A DNA stretch of 60,236 bases from Hydrogenophaga sp. (GCF_028698005.1 NZ_JAQVEJ010000001.1:1-60236), one strand, 5' to 3'; shown: positions 32,792 to 43,243, counted from the stretch's first letter. Notes: generated by a model not told the origin, from the sequence alone. Translations and numbers: made by a program.

Positions 32792-33649
32792 ATGAAGCCG
32801 CAGGACAATCCGGTCCTCGTCGATCCACCCGATGGGCTGGACGCCGTCCTGCCCGCCGTGGTGGACCATGTGGCCGTGGCACGCCTGTATGGCGAGCCGC
32901 TGTTCGACCTGCCACGCGACCTGTACATCCCGCCCGATGCGCTGCAGGTCTTCCTGGAGGCCTTCGAGGGTCCGCTCGATCTGCTGCTGTACCTGATCCG
33001 CAAGCAGAACTTCAACATCCTCGACATCCCGATGGCGGCGGTCACCCGCCAGTACCTGAGCTACGTCGAGGAGATCCGCGCGTCCAACCTCGAACTGGCG
33101 GCCGAGTACCTGCTCATGGCGGCCATGCTCATCGAGATCAAGTCGCGCATGCTGCTGCCACCGAAGAAAAGCGACGATGGCGAGGACGAGGTCGACCCGC
33201 GTGCCGAACTGGTGCGCCGCCTGCTCGAATACGAGCAGATGAAAATCGCCGCCCAGCGCCTGTCCGACCTGCCCCAGTACGGGCGCGACTTCCTCCGTGC
33301 CCAGGTGTATGTCGAGCAATCGCTGGCACCGCGCTTCCCCGACGTGACCCCCGCCGACCTGCAGGCAGCCTGGCGTGACATCCTCAAGCGTGCGCGCCTC
33401 GTGCAACACCACCGCATCAGCCGCGAGGAGCTGTCGGTGCGTGAGCACATGAGCATCGTGCTGCGCCGGCTGCAAGGCCGGCGTTTTGTCGAATTCGGCG
33501 AGCTGTTCGACCCGAGCCTGGGTGCGCCGGTGCTGGTGGTCACCTTCATCGCCATGCTGGAGCTGGCCAAGGAAACGCTGATCGAGCTGACCCAGGCCGA
33601 AGCCTTCGCCCCCATCTACGTGCGCCTGGCCTACACCCCGAATGCCTGA
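32792..33649 (+). CDS. scpA: Segregation and condensation protein A
   Basis: FEGPLDLLLYLI, AAEYLLMAAMLIEIKSRMLLP, TFIAMLEL. Confidence 0.95.
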   Translation: MKPQDNPVLVDPPDGLDAVLPAVVDHVAVARLYGEPLFDLPRDLYIPPDALQVFLEAFEGPLDLLLYLIRKQNFNILDIPMAAVTRQYLSYVEEIRASNLELAAEYLLMAAMLIEIKSRMLLPPKKSDDGEDEVDPRAELVRRLLEYEQMKIAAQRLSDLPQYGRDFLRAQVYVEQSLAPRFPDVTPADLQAAWRDILKRARLVQHHRISREELSVREHMSIVLRRLQGRRFVEFGELFDPSLGAPVLVVTFIAMLELAKETLIELTQAEAFAPIYVRLAYTPNA

Positions 33650-33679
33650 AGCCCCACGCGCCGCCTCCGTACCATCACC

Positions 33680-35284
33680 ATGACCTCCACCCATCAGTTC
33701 GACGTCCTCATCATCGGCAGCGGCCTGGCCGGCCTGACCGCAGCACTGCACCTGGCACCCCAGTACCGGGTCGCGGTGATCACCAAACGCGGTATCTCCG
33801 ACGGCTCCAGCAACTGGGCCCAGGGCGGCATCGCCGCGGTGCTGGCGGAGGGCGACAGCTACGCCGCCCATGTGGACGACACCCTGGTCGCCGGCGCCGG
33901 CCTGTGCGACCTGGAGGCCACGCGCTTCACTGTCGAGCACGCTCCCTCCGCGATCGCCTGGCTGCGCGAAATGGGTGTGCCCTTCTCGACCGAGAACGGT
34001 GAGCTGCACCTGACACGCGAGGGCGGCCACAGCCACCGGCGTATCGTGCACGTGACCGACGCCACCGGCGCGGCCGTGCAGGCCACGCTGAGCGAGCGCG
34101 CACGCGCCACGCCTGGCATCACCTTCTTCGAGAACCACATGCTGGTCGACCTCATCGTCGACAGCAAGCTGCCCGGCATGCCGGCGGATGGCAGCCAGCC
34201 CCGCTGCCACGGCGCCTACGTGCTCGATGTGGAACGCGACACGGTCGATACGTTCAGTGCCACCCACACCCTGCTGTGCACCGGGGGCGCCGGCAAGGTC
34301 TACCTCTACACCACCAACCCGGATACCGCCACCGGCGACGGCATCGCTGCCGCCTGGCGTGCCGGCTGCCGCGTCGGCAACATGGAGTTCATCCAGTTCC
34401 ACCCGACCTGCCTCTACCACCCGCACGTCAAGAATTTCCTGATCTCGGAGGCCGTGCGCGGCGAAGGCGGCCAGTTGCGGCTGCCCGCGCACCTGGGCGA
34501 ACACCGCTTCATGCCCGACCACGACCCGCGCGCCGAGCTGGCGCCGCGCGACATCGTGGCCCGCGCCATCGACGCGGAGATGAAAAAGCACGGGCTGGAT
34601 TGCGTGTACCTGGACATCTCCCACCAGCCGGCCGCGTTCATCCGCGAACACTTCCCGAACATCCTGGCGCGCTGTGCCGAACTGGGTATCGACATCACGC
34701 GCGAGCCCATTCCCGTCGTGCCGGCCGCCCACTACACCTGCGGCGGCATCGTCACCGACCTGGAGGGCCACACCGATCTGGCCGGCCTGTATGCCATCGG
34801 CGAGGCCACCTGCACCGGTCTGCACGGCGCCAACCGGCTGGCCAGCAATTCACTGGTGGAGTGCATGGTGTTCGCGCGCGCGGCCGTCGCCAACATCCGC
34901 CGCCAGACACCGACCGCCACACCGGCGCTGCCCCTGTGGGACGACAGCCAGGTGACCGATGCCGACGAGCAGGTCGTCATCTCGCACAACTGGGACGAAT
35001 TGCGCCGCTTCATGTGGGACTACGTGGGCATCGTGCGCACCAACAAACGCCTGGAGCGCGCCGCCCACCGCATCGCGCTGCTGCAAAGCGAAATCCAGGA
35101 GTTCTATTCGCAGTTCCACGTCACGCGCGACCTGCTGGAGTTGCGCAACCTGGTGCAGGTGGCCGATCTGATCGTGCGCTCGGCCATGCAACGGAAAGAA
35201 AGCCGCGGACTGCATTTCAGCCGCGACTACCCGGACAAGCTGCCCGAGGCCAGGCCCACGATCCTGGTACCACCCCAGCGGTGA
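33680..35284 (+). CDS. nadB: L-aspartate oxidase
   Basis: [56 protein letters not shown]. Confidence 0.96.
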   Translation: MTSTHQFDVLIIGSGLAGLTAALHLAPQYRVAVITKRGISDGSSNWAQGGIAAVLAEGDSYAAHVDDTLVAGAGLCDLEATRFTVEHAPSAIAWLREMGVPFSTENGELHLTREGGHSHRRIVHVTDATGAAVQATLSERARATPGITFFENHMLVDLIVDSKLPGMPADGSQPRCHGAYVLDVERDTVDTFSATHTLLCTGGAGKVYLYTTNPDTATGDGIAAAWRAGCRVGNMEFIQFHPTCLYHPHVKNFLISEAVRGEGGQLRLPAHLGEHRFMPDHDPRAELAPRDIVARAIDAEMKKHGLDCVYLDISHQPAAFIREHFPNILARCAELGIDITREPIPVVPAAHYTCGGIVTDLEGHTDLAGLYAIGEATCTGLHGANRLASNSLVECMVFARAAVANIRRQTPTATPALPLWDDSQVTDADEQVVISHNWDELRRFMWDYVGIVRTNKRLERAAHRIALLQSEIQEFYSQFHVTRDLLELRNLVQVADLIVRSAMQRKESRGLHFSRDYPDKLPEARPTILVPPQR

Positions 35285-35362
35285 GGCGCGCCTGCACGGC
35301 CCCGGGGTCGGAAAACACACGCAGCGGCACGAAGGTGTTTCATTTCAGGCTAAAGTAGGGAC

Positions 35363-37621
35363 ATGTCCAGCTTTGCCGAGCCCGCCACCCACGCCGGAGC
35401 CGACGCCGCGCAGGCGGCATCGGCCAGCGCATCCGCGGCCAGCTTTGCTGTGCTGCTGGGCAAGCTCGACTACCTCAATGCGGCGGAAGTCGAGCAGGTG
35501 CGCCAGGCCTACCGCCTGGCCGACCAGGCGCATCTCGGCCAGATGCGCAAGAACGGCGATCCCTACATCACCCACCCGATCGCCGTGGCCGCCCAGTGCG
35601 CCGAATGGAAGCTCGACGCCCAGGCGCTCATGGCCGCGCTCATGCACGATGTCATCGAGGACTGCGGCGTCACCAAGGCCGACCTGACCGAGCGCTTCGG
35701 CATCACCGTGGCCGACCTGGTCGATGGCCTCACCAAGCTGGAAAAGCTCGAGTTCGACAGCCGGGAACAGAATCAGGCCGAAAGCTTCCGCAAGATGCTG
35801 CTGGCCATGGCCAAGGACGTTCGCGTCATCCTGGTCAAGCTGGCCGACCGCACCCACAACATGCGCACCATGTCCGACATGCCGCGCAGCAAATGGAAGC
35901 GCATCAGCAGCGAGACGCTGGAAATTTACGCCCCCATTGCCCACCGCCTCGGTCTGAACTTCACCTACCGCGAACTGCAGGACCTGTCCTTCCGCTTTCT
36001 CCACCCCTGGCGCTACGAGGTGCTGTCCAAGGCCCTGAGCAAGTCCCGTACGCGGCGCAAAGACCTCATCGCCCGCGTCCAGGGCGAGGTCGAGGCGGTG
36101 TTCCGGCAGCACGGCATGCAGGTCCGCATCATGGGGCGCGAGAAGACCCTGTACTCGGTCTACCGCAAGATGGACAGCAAGCATCTGTCGTTTTCGCAGG
36201 TCACGGACATCTACGGCTTCCGCATCATCGTGCCCGAGTTGCTCGACAGCTACACCGGCCTGGGCATCCTGCACCAGTTGTACAAACCGGTACCGGGCAA
36301 GTTCCGCGACTACGTGGCCATCCCCAAGCTCAACGGTTACCAGTCGCTGCACACCACCCTGATCGGCCCGTTCGGCACCAACATCGAGTTCCAGTTGCGC
36401 ACGCACGCCATGGATGTGGTGGCCGAATCGGGTGTCGCCGCCCACTGGCTCTACAAGGCCAACGAGCCAGGCAGCGAAACCTCCGAACGCCTGGGCACCC
36501 AGTGGCTGCAGTCGCTGCTGGACATCCAGCAGGAGACCCGCGATGCGGCCGAGTTCTGGGACCACGTCAAGATCGACCTGTTCCCTGACGCCGTCTACGT
36601 CTTCACACCCAAGAGCAAGATCCTGTCGCTGCCGCGCGGCGCCACCGCGCTGGACTTTGCCTACGCCATCCACAGCGACGTGGGCAACAGCGCCGTCGGT
36701 GCGGTGGTCAACGGCGAACAACGCCCGCTGCGCACCGAGCTCAACAACGGTGACGTCGTCGAGATCGTCACGGGCGACCACGCCGAGCCCAACCCGGCGT
36801 GGCTGTCCTTCGCCAAGACGGGGCGCGCGCGCTCCAAGCTGCGCCACCACCTCAAGACCGTGGCGCAGGAAAAGGCTGTCGAGCTGGGCGAACGCATGCT
36901 GCTGCAGGCCTTGCGCTCCGAGGGCTTCGCCCAATTGCCGGCCGAGGCCGGAGAATACCGCGCCACCTGGGACAAACTGCTGCGCTTTGCCGGGAGCAAG
37001 TCACGCGCCGAACTGCTGTCCGACATCGGCATGGGCAAGCGCATCGCCAGCATGATCGGCAAGAAGCTGGCCGTGCTGCTGACCGAAACCGGCGTCAAGC
37101 CCGACACCCTGCTCATCAGCCGCGAACGCTTCGGCGGTGACCATGAGGACCAGTTGGCTCAGGGCAGCGTGAGCCTGGATGGCTCCGAAGGGGCCTCGGT
37201 GCAGTACGCCAGTTGTTGCCGGCCCATCCCCGGAGACCGCATCATCGGCTATCTCGGCCAGGGTGAAGGCCTGGTGGTGCACGTGGAGGATTGCCCCAAT
37301 GGCAAGCGCCTGCTGGCACGCGACAGGGAGCGATTCCTGCCGGTCGAATGGGCCGAGGAGGCTGTCCGCACGTTCGACAGCGACGTGATGGTGACGGTCA
37401 CCAACGGCAAGGGCGTGCTGGCCCGCGTGGCCTCGGCGATTGCCCAGGCAGAGGCCGACATCCTGCACGTGCACATGGGCGACGACCCGGCCCAGGCCAC
37501 CATCGACATCCGCTTCACGCTCTCGGTGCGCGACCGCCAGCACCTGGCCGCCGTGCTGCGCAACCTGCGCCGCACGGCCTCGGTGGTCAGGGCCCAGCGT
37601 TACAAGCCCGGCGCCGGCTGA
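35363..37621 (+). CDS. spoT: Bifunctional (p)ppGpp synthetase/hydrolase
   Basis: PYITHP, intact HD (LMHDVIED), VKLADR.HNMRT, NGYQSLHT, TGS (DFAYAIHS), C-terminal ACT domain. Confidence 0.95.
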   Translation: MSSFAEPATHAGADAAQAASASASAASFAVLLGKLDYLNAAEVEQVRQAYRLADQAHLGQMRKNGDPYITHPIAVAAQCAEWKLDAQALMAALMHDVIEDCGVTKADLTERFGITVADLVDGLTKLEKLEFDSREQNQAESFRKMLLAMAKDVRVILVKLADRTHNMRTMSDMPRSKWKRISSETLEIYAPIAHRLGLNFTYRELQDLSFRFLHPWRYEVLSKALSKSRTRRKDLIARVQGEVEAVFRQHGMQVRIMGREKTLYSVYRKMDSKHLSFSQVTDIYGFRIIVPELLDSYTGLGILHQLYKPVPGKFRDYVAIPKLNGYQSLHTTLIGPFGTNIEFQLRTHAMDVVAESGVAAHWLYKANEPGSETSERLGTQWLQSLLDIQQETRDAAEFWDHVKIDLFPDAVYVFTPKSKILSLPRGATALDFAYAIHSDVGNSAVGAVVNGEQRPLRTELNNGDVVEIVTGDHAEPNPAWLSFAKTGRARSKLRHHLKTVAQEKAVELGERMLLQALRSEGFAQLPAEAGEYRATWDKLLRFAGSKSRAELLSDIGMGKRIASMIGKKLAVLLTETGVKPDTLLISRERFGGDHEDQLAQGSVSLDGSEGASVQYASCCRPIPGDRIIGYLGQGEGLVVHVEDCPNGKRLLARDRERFLPVEWAEEAVRTFDSDVMVTVTNGKGVLARVASAIAQAEADILHVHMGDDPAQATIDIRFTLSVRDRQHLAAVLRNLRRTASVVRAQRYKPGAG

Positions 37622-37652
37622 CGCCCGGCCCCCGAGGGATACGAACGTCCCT

Positions 37653-38210
37653 TCAGGCGCCCGGTGCCGGGTAGCTCACCTCCAGCACCTCCAGCTCCTG
37701 CAGGCCACCGGGCAGCATCAGCCGCACGACGTCACCCACCCGCGCCTTGAGCAGCGCACGTGCCACGGGCGAGATCCAGCTGATCTGGCCTTGCGCACTG
37801 TCGGCCTCGTCGACGCCGAGAATGGTGACCTGCGTTTCCGTGCCGTCCGCATCGGCATAGGTCACGGTGGCACCAAAGAACACCTGGTCGCCGCCATGAT
37901 GCAGCGACGGATCGACCACCTCGGCGATCTCCAGCCGGCGTGTCAGGAAGCGGATGCGGCGGTCGATCTCGCGCAGGCGCTTCTTGCCATAGAGGTAATC
38001 GCCGTTTTCCGAGCGGTCACCGTTGCTGGCCGCCCAGTGCACCACCTCGACGACCCGGGGGCGCTCCTCGTCGATGAGCTGCATCAGCTCGGCACGCAGG
38101 CGGTCGTAGCCGGCGCGGGTGATGTAGTTTTTGCCACCCGGCAGCGGCGCCGCTGCCGGGAGGTCTTCCTCGGTGTCCTGGTCGGTTTCCTTGGTGAATG
38201 CCTTGCTCAT
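37653..38210 (-). CDS. greB: Transcription elongation factor GreB
   Basis: WAASNGDRSENGDYLYGKKRLREIDRRIRFL, ISWISPVARAL. Confidence 0.95.
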   Translation of the reverse strand: MSKAFTKETDQDTEEDLPAAAPLPGGKNYITRAGYDRLRAELMQLIDEERPRVVEVVHWAASNGDRSENGDYLYGKKRLREIDRRIRFLTRRLEIAEVVDPSLHHGGDQVFFGATVTYADADGTETQVTILGVDEADSAQGQISWISPVARALLKARVGDVVRLMLPGGLQELEVLEVSYPAPGA

Positions 38211-38261
38211 GCCGCGACTTTACCGCGACACCGCCCGGCCATGACCAGGACCCCCGACCGT

Positions 38262-39296
38262 TCACTTCGCGTGGGCAGCCACCGTTTTCTCGGCCAGGTC
38301 CACCAGGTCGGTGCCGATCTGGCCCTTCCACTTGCTGACCACGCCACGGGTGGCCTTGACGAACTCGGCCCGTTCGGCCGGGCTCAGCTCGGTCACCGTG
38401 ACGCCGTGCGAGGCCAGCTCCTTGTGCAGCGGCTTGTCGGCCTCGATCACACCCTTGCGCGCGATCGCGATCTGCTCCTTGCCGGCCTCGATGGCGGCCT
38501 GCCTGACGATCTCGCGGTCGGCCGGCGTCCAGCTGTTCCACACGTCCTTGTTGACCACGAAGATCAGCGGGTCGTTCATGTAACCCCACATCGTCACGTG
38601 CTTCTGCGCCACGGTGTAGAGCTTGGCCGCCATGTAGACCGACAGCGGGTTTTCCTGGCCATCGACGGCACCGCTGGCCATGGCCGGTTGCGCATCGGCC
38701 CAGCTCATCTGCGTGGGGTTGGCGCCCAGGGCCGTGAAGGTGTCCAGGAACAGGGGCGAGCCGACCACGCGGATCTTCATGCCCTTGAGGTCGGCCGGCG
38801 ACTTGATCGCCTTCTTCGAGTTGGAGATCTCGCGGTAGCCGTTCTCGCCCCAGGCCAGCGGCACCACACCGGCCTTTTCCAGCCGCTGGAACAGGCGCTT
38901 GCCCACCTCGCCCTGGGTCAGCGCATCCACCGCCGCGTAGTTGGGCATCAGGAAGGGCAGCGAGAACAGGTTCAGCTCCTTGACCTGCGGCGACCAGTTG
39001 ATGGTCGAGCCGATCGCCATGTCGATCACGCCCTGGCGCAGTGCCGGGAATTCGCGCGTCTGGTCACCCTGGATCAGCGACACGCCGGGGTACAGCTTGA
39101 TGTTGATGCGCCCCTGGGTGCGCTCGCGCACCTTGTCGGCCCAGATCTCGCCACCCTTGCCCCAGGGGAATGCCGTGCCCAGCACCAGCGACATGCGGTA
39201 CTCGGAGCGGTAGTTGCTCTGGGCCATGGCCTGGGAGCCGAAGGTCAGCGCGGCAGCGGCGCACACGGCGGTGGTCAGGAAGGTACGCAGTTTCAT
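38262..39296 (-). CDS. dctP: TRAP transporter substrate-binding protein DctP
   Basis: Signal peptide; ENGYR, DLKGMKIRV, GAVDGQENP. Confidence 0.92.
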   Translation of the reverse strand: MKLRTFLTTAVCAAAALTFGSQAMAQSNYRSEYRMSLVLGTAFPWGKGGEIWADKVRERTQGRINIKLYPGVSLIQGDQTREFPALRQGVIDMAIGSTINWSPQVKELNLFSLPFLMPNYAAVDALTQGEVGKRLFQRLEKAGVVPLAWGENGYREISNSKKAIKSPADLKGMKIRVVGSPLFLDTFTALGANPTQMSWADAQPAMASGAVDGQENPLSVYMAAKLYTVAQKHVTMWGYMNDPLIFVVNKDVWNSWTPADREIVRQAAIEAGKEQIAIARKGVIEADKPLHKELASHGVTVTELSPAERAEFVKATRGVVSKWKGQIGTDLVDLAEKTVAAHAK

Positions 39297-39340
39297 GAGG
39301 CAGGTCTCCTTGGGTGAAAAAACGATTCTGGCAAAAGCGG

Positions 39341-40639
39341 TCAGTAACCCAGCCTGGCTGGCAGCCACAACGCCAGTGGCGGGAAGGCGATCACCAGCAG
39401 CATCACCGCGCCCATGGCCAGCAGCATCGGCCAGACCCAGCGCACGGTCGACTCCATGCGCACCCCGGCAATGCGGCACGATACCATCAGGTTCACCGCC
39501 AGCGGCGGCGTGAACTGGCCCAGCGCCACCTTCAGGGTCAGGATCACGCCGAACCAGACCGGGTCCCACCGGTAGTGCTCCATGATGGGCATGAGCAGCG
39601 GCACGAAGATCAGGAAGATCGAGATGCCGTCCAGGAACATGCCCACCGTGATCAGCAGCAGGATCAGCAGCAGCAGCACGCCATACTCGCCCAGGCCCGA
39701 GTTCACGATGGCGGAGGCCACCGGATCGATCACGCCCAGCGTGGACAGCGAGAACGCGAAAATGCCGGCCAGCGACACCACCAGCAGGATCACCGCCGAC
39801 AGCTCGCCGGCCTCGCGCAGGATGTCGAACAGGTCGCGCCAGTGGATCGTCCGGTAAATGACCATGCCCACGAACAGGCCGTAGAACACCGCCACCACGG
39901 CCGCCTCGGTGGGCGTGAACCAGCCGGCCCGCATGCCGCCGAGGATCAGCACCGGCGCGGCCAGACCCCATGAGGCCTCGCGCAGGCTTTTCCACAGCGG
40001 TGGGCGCGGCATGTCGGCCTCCAGGGCGCCCATGCGGTGGCGCCGCGCCATCCACACCGCCGGTACGATCAGCGCCAGACCGGCCAGCACGCCCGGTACC
40101 ATGCCGGCCGCGAACAGCGCCGGCACCGAGGCGCCCGGCACCAGCACCGAATAGATGATGAAGGCCACCGAGGGCGGGATCAGGATGTCGGTGGCCGCGG
40201 CGGCCCCCACCACGCTGGCCGAAAAGCTGGGCGGGTAGCCGGCACGGCGCATCGCCGCGATCATCACCCCGCCCACGGCCGCCGCATTGGCCGGGCCCGA
40301 GCCCGAGATGCCGCCCAGGAACATGGCCACGGCAATCGCCACCAGCGGCAACATGCCCGGGCCGCGCCCGACGATGGCCACCGCGAAATTGACCAGCCGC
40401 GCCGCCACGCCCGAGCGGTCGAAGATCGAGCCGACCAGCACGAACATGGGCACCGCCAGCAAGGTGTACTTGCCCAGGCCGGCAAAGAAATTCTGCGGCA
40501 CGGCCAGCAGCCCCATCCAGGTGATGTCGGCGTTGGCGATGGCGATGGCCACCGTGCCAGCCAGCCCCAGCGCCGCGCCGATGGGCACGCCGATGACCAT
40601 GGCCACGATGAACAGCGCGAACAGCAGCGTGGCGGTCAT
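39341..40639 (-). CDS. dctM: TRAP transporter large permease DctM
   Basis: LLAVPMFVLVG, GGISGS, ILIPPS, FTPTEAA, GQFTPP. Confidence 0.93.
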   Translation of the reverse strand: MTATLLFALFIVAMVIGVPIGAALGLAGTVAIAIANADITWMGLLAVPQNFFAGLGKYTLLAVPMFVLVGSIFDRSGVAARLVNFAVAIVGRGPGMLPLVAIAVAMFLGGISGSGPANAAAVGGVMIAAMRRAGYPPSFSASVVGAAAATDILIPPSVAFIIYSVLVPGASVPALFAAGMVPGVLAGLALIVPAVWMARRHRMGALEADMPRPPLWKSLREASWGLAAPVLILGGMRAGWFTPTEAAVVAVFYGLFVGMVIYRTIHWRDLFDILREAGELSAVILLVVSLAGIFAFSLSTLGVIDPVASAIVNSGLGEYGVLLLLILLLITVGMFLDGISIFLIFVPLLMPIMEHYRWDPVWFGVILTLKVALGQFTPPLAVNLMVSCRIAGVRMESTVRWVWPMLLAMGAVMLLVIAFPPLALWLPARLGY

Positions 40640-41193
40640 CGGGCGGTCTCCGTGCGGTCGTCGTCGCGGCGCAGCTTGCGCGCAAACACCTGCAGCGCCC
40701 GCCCGGCAATCAGCGCGCTGAACACCGGCAACCAGATCGAGTACCACCATTGCGGCACACCGATGCCCGGTGAGGTCTCCTCGTACTGGTACTGGTCCCA
40801 GACCACGGGCAGGCTGAGCACGCCAATGGTGATGAACAACAGCGCCACCAGCAACGCACCGATCTGTGCCAGCCGCCGCCGGCGCCCACTGCTGCCCGCA
40901 TCGGCAAAGAACTCGATGCGGATGTGCGCCTCGCGCACCACCGCCGATGCGCCGCCCACCAGCGCCAGCACGATCATGAGAAACGTGGAGATTTCTTCCG
41001 TCCAGGCAAACGACACATCGGTGAAGTAGCGCACCAGCACATTGGCGAAGGTGATGAGGGCCAGGGCCGCCATCACGCCCACGGTCAGCCAGTCCTCGAA
41101 CAGCCGCTTTTGCCCCGGGGGGGTGTCGTGGGCGGCCTCGGGCCGGGCATGGGCCGCCATGTCCTGTGGTGGATGTTTGTCGTCGATAGCCAT
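40636..41193 (-). CDS. dctQ: TRAP transporter small permease DctQ
   Basis: NVLVRY...WTEE, HIRIEFF, four TM segments; stop overlaps the dctM start. Confidence 0.9.
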   Translation of the reverse strand: MAIDDKHPPQDMAAHARPEAAHDTPPGQKRLFEDWLTVGVMAALALITFANVLVRYFTDVSFAWTEEISTFLMIVLALVGGASAVVREAHIRIEFFADAGSSGRRRRLAQIGALLVALLFITIGVLSLPVVWDQYQYEETSPGIGVPQWWYSIWLPVFSALIAGRALQVFARKLRRDDDRTETAR

Positions 41194-41371
41194 GATGCGC
41201 CCGGACATTGTCCGGTCAGAATGCGGGCCGGCACCAGCGGGAAAACGCCATCGGCCCCGCAGGCACAGGGCCGCGCGGTGTTGCCGCATCTCACGCCGGA
41301 CCCGACCCGGGTCACGTCCGCTGCACGAGCCGCGGCGCGGATATCGCAGTGCGCAGGCGGTGCACAAGGCA

Positions 41372-41404
41372 AAACGGGCCAGTCCTTGTGAGACTGACCC
41401 GTTT
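41372..41404 (-). terminator. Intrinsic terminator after tRNA-Arg
   Basis: AAACGGG.CAGTC...GACTG.CCCGTTT hairpin; U-run on the minus strand. Confidence 0.6.
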
Positions 41405-41416
41405 GTACCTTCTGTA

Positions 41417-41493
41417 TGGCGCGGCTGGCAGGATTCGAACCCACGACCCCTTGGTTCGTAGCCAAGTACTCTATCCAACTGAGCTACAGCCGC
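41417..41493 (-). tRNA. tRNA-Arg(ACG)
   Basis: GCGGCTGTAGCTCAGTTGGATAGAGTACTTGGCTACGAACCAAGGGGTCGTGGGTTCGAATCCTGCCAGCCGCGCCA; cloverleaf with encoded CCA. Confidence 0.97.
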
Positions 41494-41694
41494 TGAAGCA
41501 TGCAGTATAGCACGGTTTTTTGGGCGCCTCTTTGCAGGTCTGAACAAAAAAATCACCAACGCGCCACACGATCGCGCTTGGCAACGGCCAAGTCCCCACC
41601 CATGCGAAGCGACAACCCGCCCGGACGAGCCGGGTGTTCCGCGGTATCCTTCCATTTTTCCCGCGCAACCCGGCCCCTGAGACCGCACAACGAC

Positions 41695-42177
41695 ATGAAC
41701 CCGAATACCGCCGAGCCCGATGTCCAGTCCTTTGGCTGGAGCAATGACCTATTGCTGGGCTACCCCCCCATGGACCGCACCCACCAGGCATTCACCGAGG
41801 TGGTGTGCGCCCTGCGGGACGCACCCGACGAGGACCTCGCCGTGCGCCTGCAAGCGGTCATCACCCACCTGGAAGAGCATTTCGGTGAAGAAGATCGCTG
41901 GATGGACGACACCGAATTTCCGGCCCGTGAATGCCATCGCGACGAGCACGCTGCCGTGTTGACGTCGGCACGGCAGGTCCAGGAGCGGCTGGCCACGGGC
42001 GACGCCGCACTGTGCCGCCGGTTCACCCAGGAGCTGATCCGCTGGTTCCCTGGTCACGCCGACTACCTGGATGCGGCCCTGTCGCACTGGATGGTCAAGC
42101 GATCGGCGGGCGGCAAGCCCGTGGTATTCAAGAAGGACCTGCGCTTCCCCACCGCCAGCCCGATCGAAAAAGCATGA
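41695..42177 (+). CDS. Single-domain bacteriohemerythrin
   Basis: FGW..DLLLG..PMD.TH, HFGEE, HRDEH, WFPGHADYLD: complete diiron ligand set. Confidence 0.9.
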   Translation: MNPNTAEPDVQSFGWSNDLLLGYPPMDRTHQAFTEVVCALRDAPDEDLAVRLQAVITHLEEHFGEEDRWMDDTEFPARECHRDEHAAVLTSARQVQERLATGDAALCRRFTQELIRWFPGHADYLDAALSHWMVKRSAGGKPVVFKKDLRFPTASPIEKA

Positions 42178-43070
42178 GCGAGACACACGCACCCGGACCC
42201 CTCGACGCGCCACCGCCGGAGCAGGTTCTGCGCGACGTGGAGCGCGCACTGCAGGAAGATGTCGGCACCGGCGACGTCACCGCCGCGCTGATCCCGGCCG
42301 AGAACATGGCCGTGGCCCGCATCACCTGCCGCGAGTCCGCCGTGATCTGCGGTCGCCCCTGGGTGGACGAGGTGCTGCGCCAGGTTTCGCCCGCCAGCAC
42401 CGTGCGTTGGCTGGTCGACGACGGTGGCCGCTGCGAACCGGGCCAGGTCGTGGTCGAGATCACCGGACCGGCACGTGAGCTGCTGACCGCCGAGCGCACC
42501 TGCCTGAACTTCCTGCAGACGCTCAGCGGCGTTGCCACCAAGACGGCCCGCTACGTCGAGGCGGTGGCAGGCACCCGCGCGGCCATCCTCGACACACGCA
42601 AGACCATCCCGGGCCTGCGCGTCGCCCAGAAGTACGCCGTGCGCTGCGGTGGCGGCCGCAACCACCGCATGGGCCTGTACGACGCCATCCTCATCAAGGA
42701 AAACCACATCGCCGCCGCCGGTGGCCTCACGCAGGCTTTCCGCGCCGCCCAGGCGATCGGCCAGCACGTGGCCTTCATCCAGGTGGAGGTGGAGACCCTG
42801 ACCCAGTTGCAGGAAGCACTGGACGCCGGCGTCACCATGGTGTTGCTCGACAACATGGACGTGCCCACCATCCGGCAAGCCGTCGACATGGCCCAGGGCC
42901 GCTGCAGCCTGGAAGTCTCCGGCGGCGTCACGCTGGACACCGTGCCCGCGCTGGCCGCCACCGGCGTGGACCGCATCTCGGTGGGCGCCCTCATCAAGGA
43001 CGTCAAGGCCGTCGATTTCTCGATGCGCTTCAACCCCAGGCCGGTGGAAGCCGCACGCACGGCCGCCTGA
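42174..43070 (+). CDS. nadC: Nicotinate-nucleotide pyrophosphorylase (quinolinate PRTase)
   Basis: AL.ED...GDVT, LTAER..LNFLQ.LSG, DTRKT.PGLR, NHRMGL.D, KENH, LLDN, EVSGG. Confidence 0.96.
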   Translation: MSETHAPGPLDAPPPEQVLRDVERALQEDVGTGDVTAALIPAENMAVARITCRESAVICGRPWVDEVLRQVSPASTVRWLVDDGGRCEPGQVVVEITGPARELLTAERTCLNFLQTLSGVATKTARYVEAVAGTRAAILDTRKTIPGLRVAQKYAVRCGGGRNHRMGLYDAILIKENHIAAAGGLTQAFRAAQAIGQHVAFIQVEVETLTQLQEALDAGVTMVLLDNMDVPTIRQAVDMAQGRCSLEVSGGVTLDTVPALAATGVDRISVGALIKDVKAVDFSMRFNPRPVEAARTAA

Positions 43071-43086
43071 AGGCCATCCCGCCACG

Positions 43087-43123
43087 AAAAAAGGGGTTGC
43101 CAGCTTGCGCGGCAACCCCTTTT
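43087..43123. terminator. Bidirectional intrinsic terminator between nadC and tRNA-Ile2
   Basis: AAAAAAGGGGTTGCC...GGCAACCCCTTTT. Confidence 0.85.
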
Positions 43124-43131
43124 GCATGCAT

Positions 43132-43208
43132 TGGTAGGCCGTGCTGGGCTCGAACCAGCGACCAAGGGATTATGAGTCCCCTGCTCTGACCAACTGAGCT
43201 AACGGCCC
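43132..43208 (-). tRNA. tRNA with CAT anticodon, probably tRNA-Ile2 (lysidine)
   Basis: GGGCCGTTAGCTCAGTTGGTCAGAGCAGGGGACTCATAATCCCTTGGTCGCTGGTTCGAGCCCAGCACGGCCTACCA; body resembles ileX-type tRNAs rather than fMet/Met. Confidence 0.9.
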
Positions 43209-43243
43209 ACCGAACCGGCTATTGTAGATGGCCGGCGGCCCGC

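Noticed and set aside
41577-41634. Two small hairpins (CTTGGC-AACG-GCCAAG; CCCGG-ACGAG-CCGGG) upstream of hemerythrin-nadC as a possible NAD riboswitch
   Set aside because: No match to a riboswitch consensus I know; short GC stems arise by chance, and they lie upstream of a likely -10 (TATCCT, about 41646). An Rfam or covariation search would be needed.
42174-42177. Selenocysteine readthrough of the hemerythrin TGA (selD is present)
   Set aside because: The TGA follows a complete domain and forms an ordinary ATGA overlap with nadC; no Cys-equivalent position or SECIS was recognised
41417-43208. tRNA-anchored genomic island
   Set aside because: No integrase, no duplicated tRNA 3' end and no obvious compositional shift
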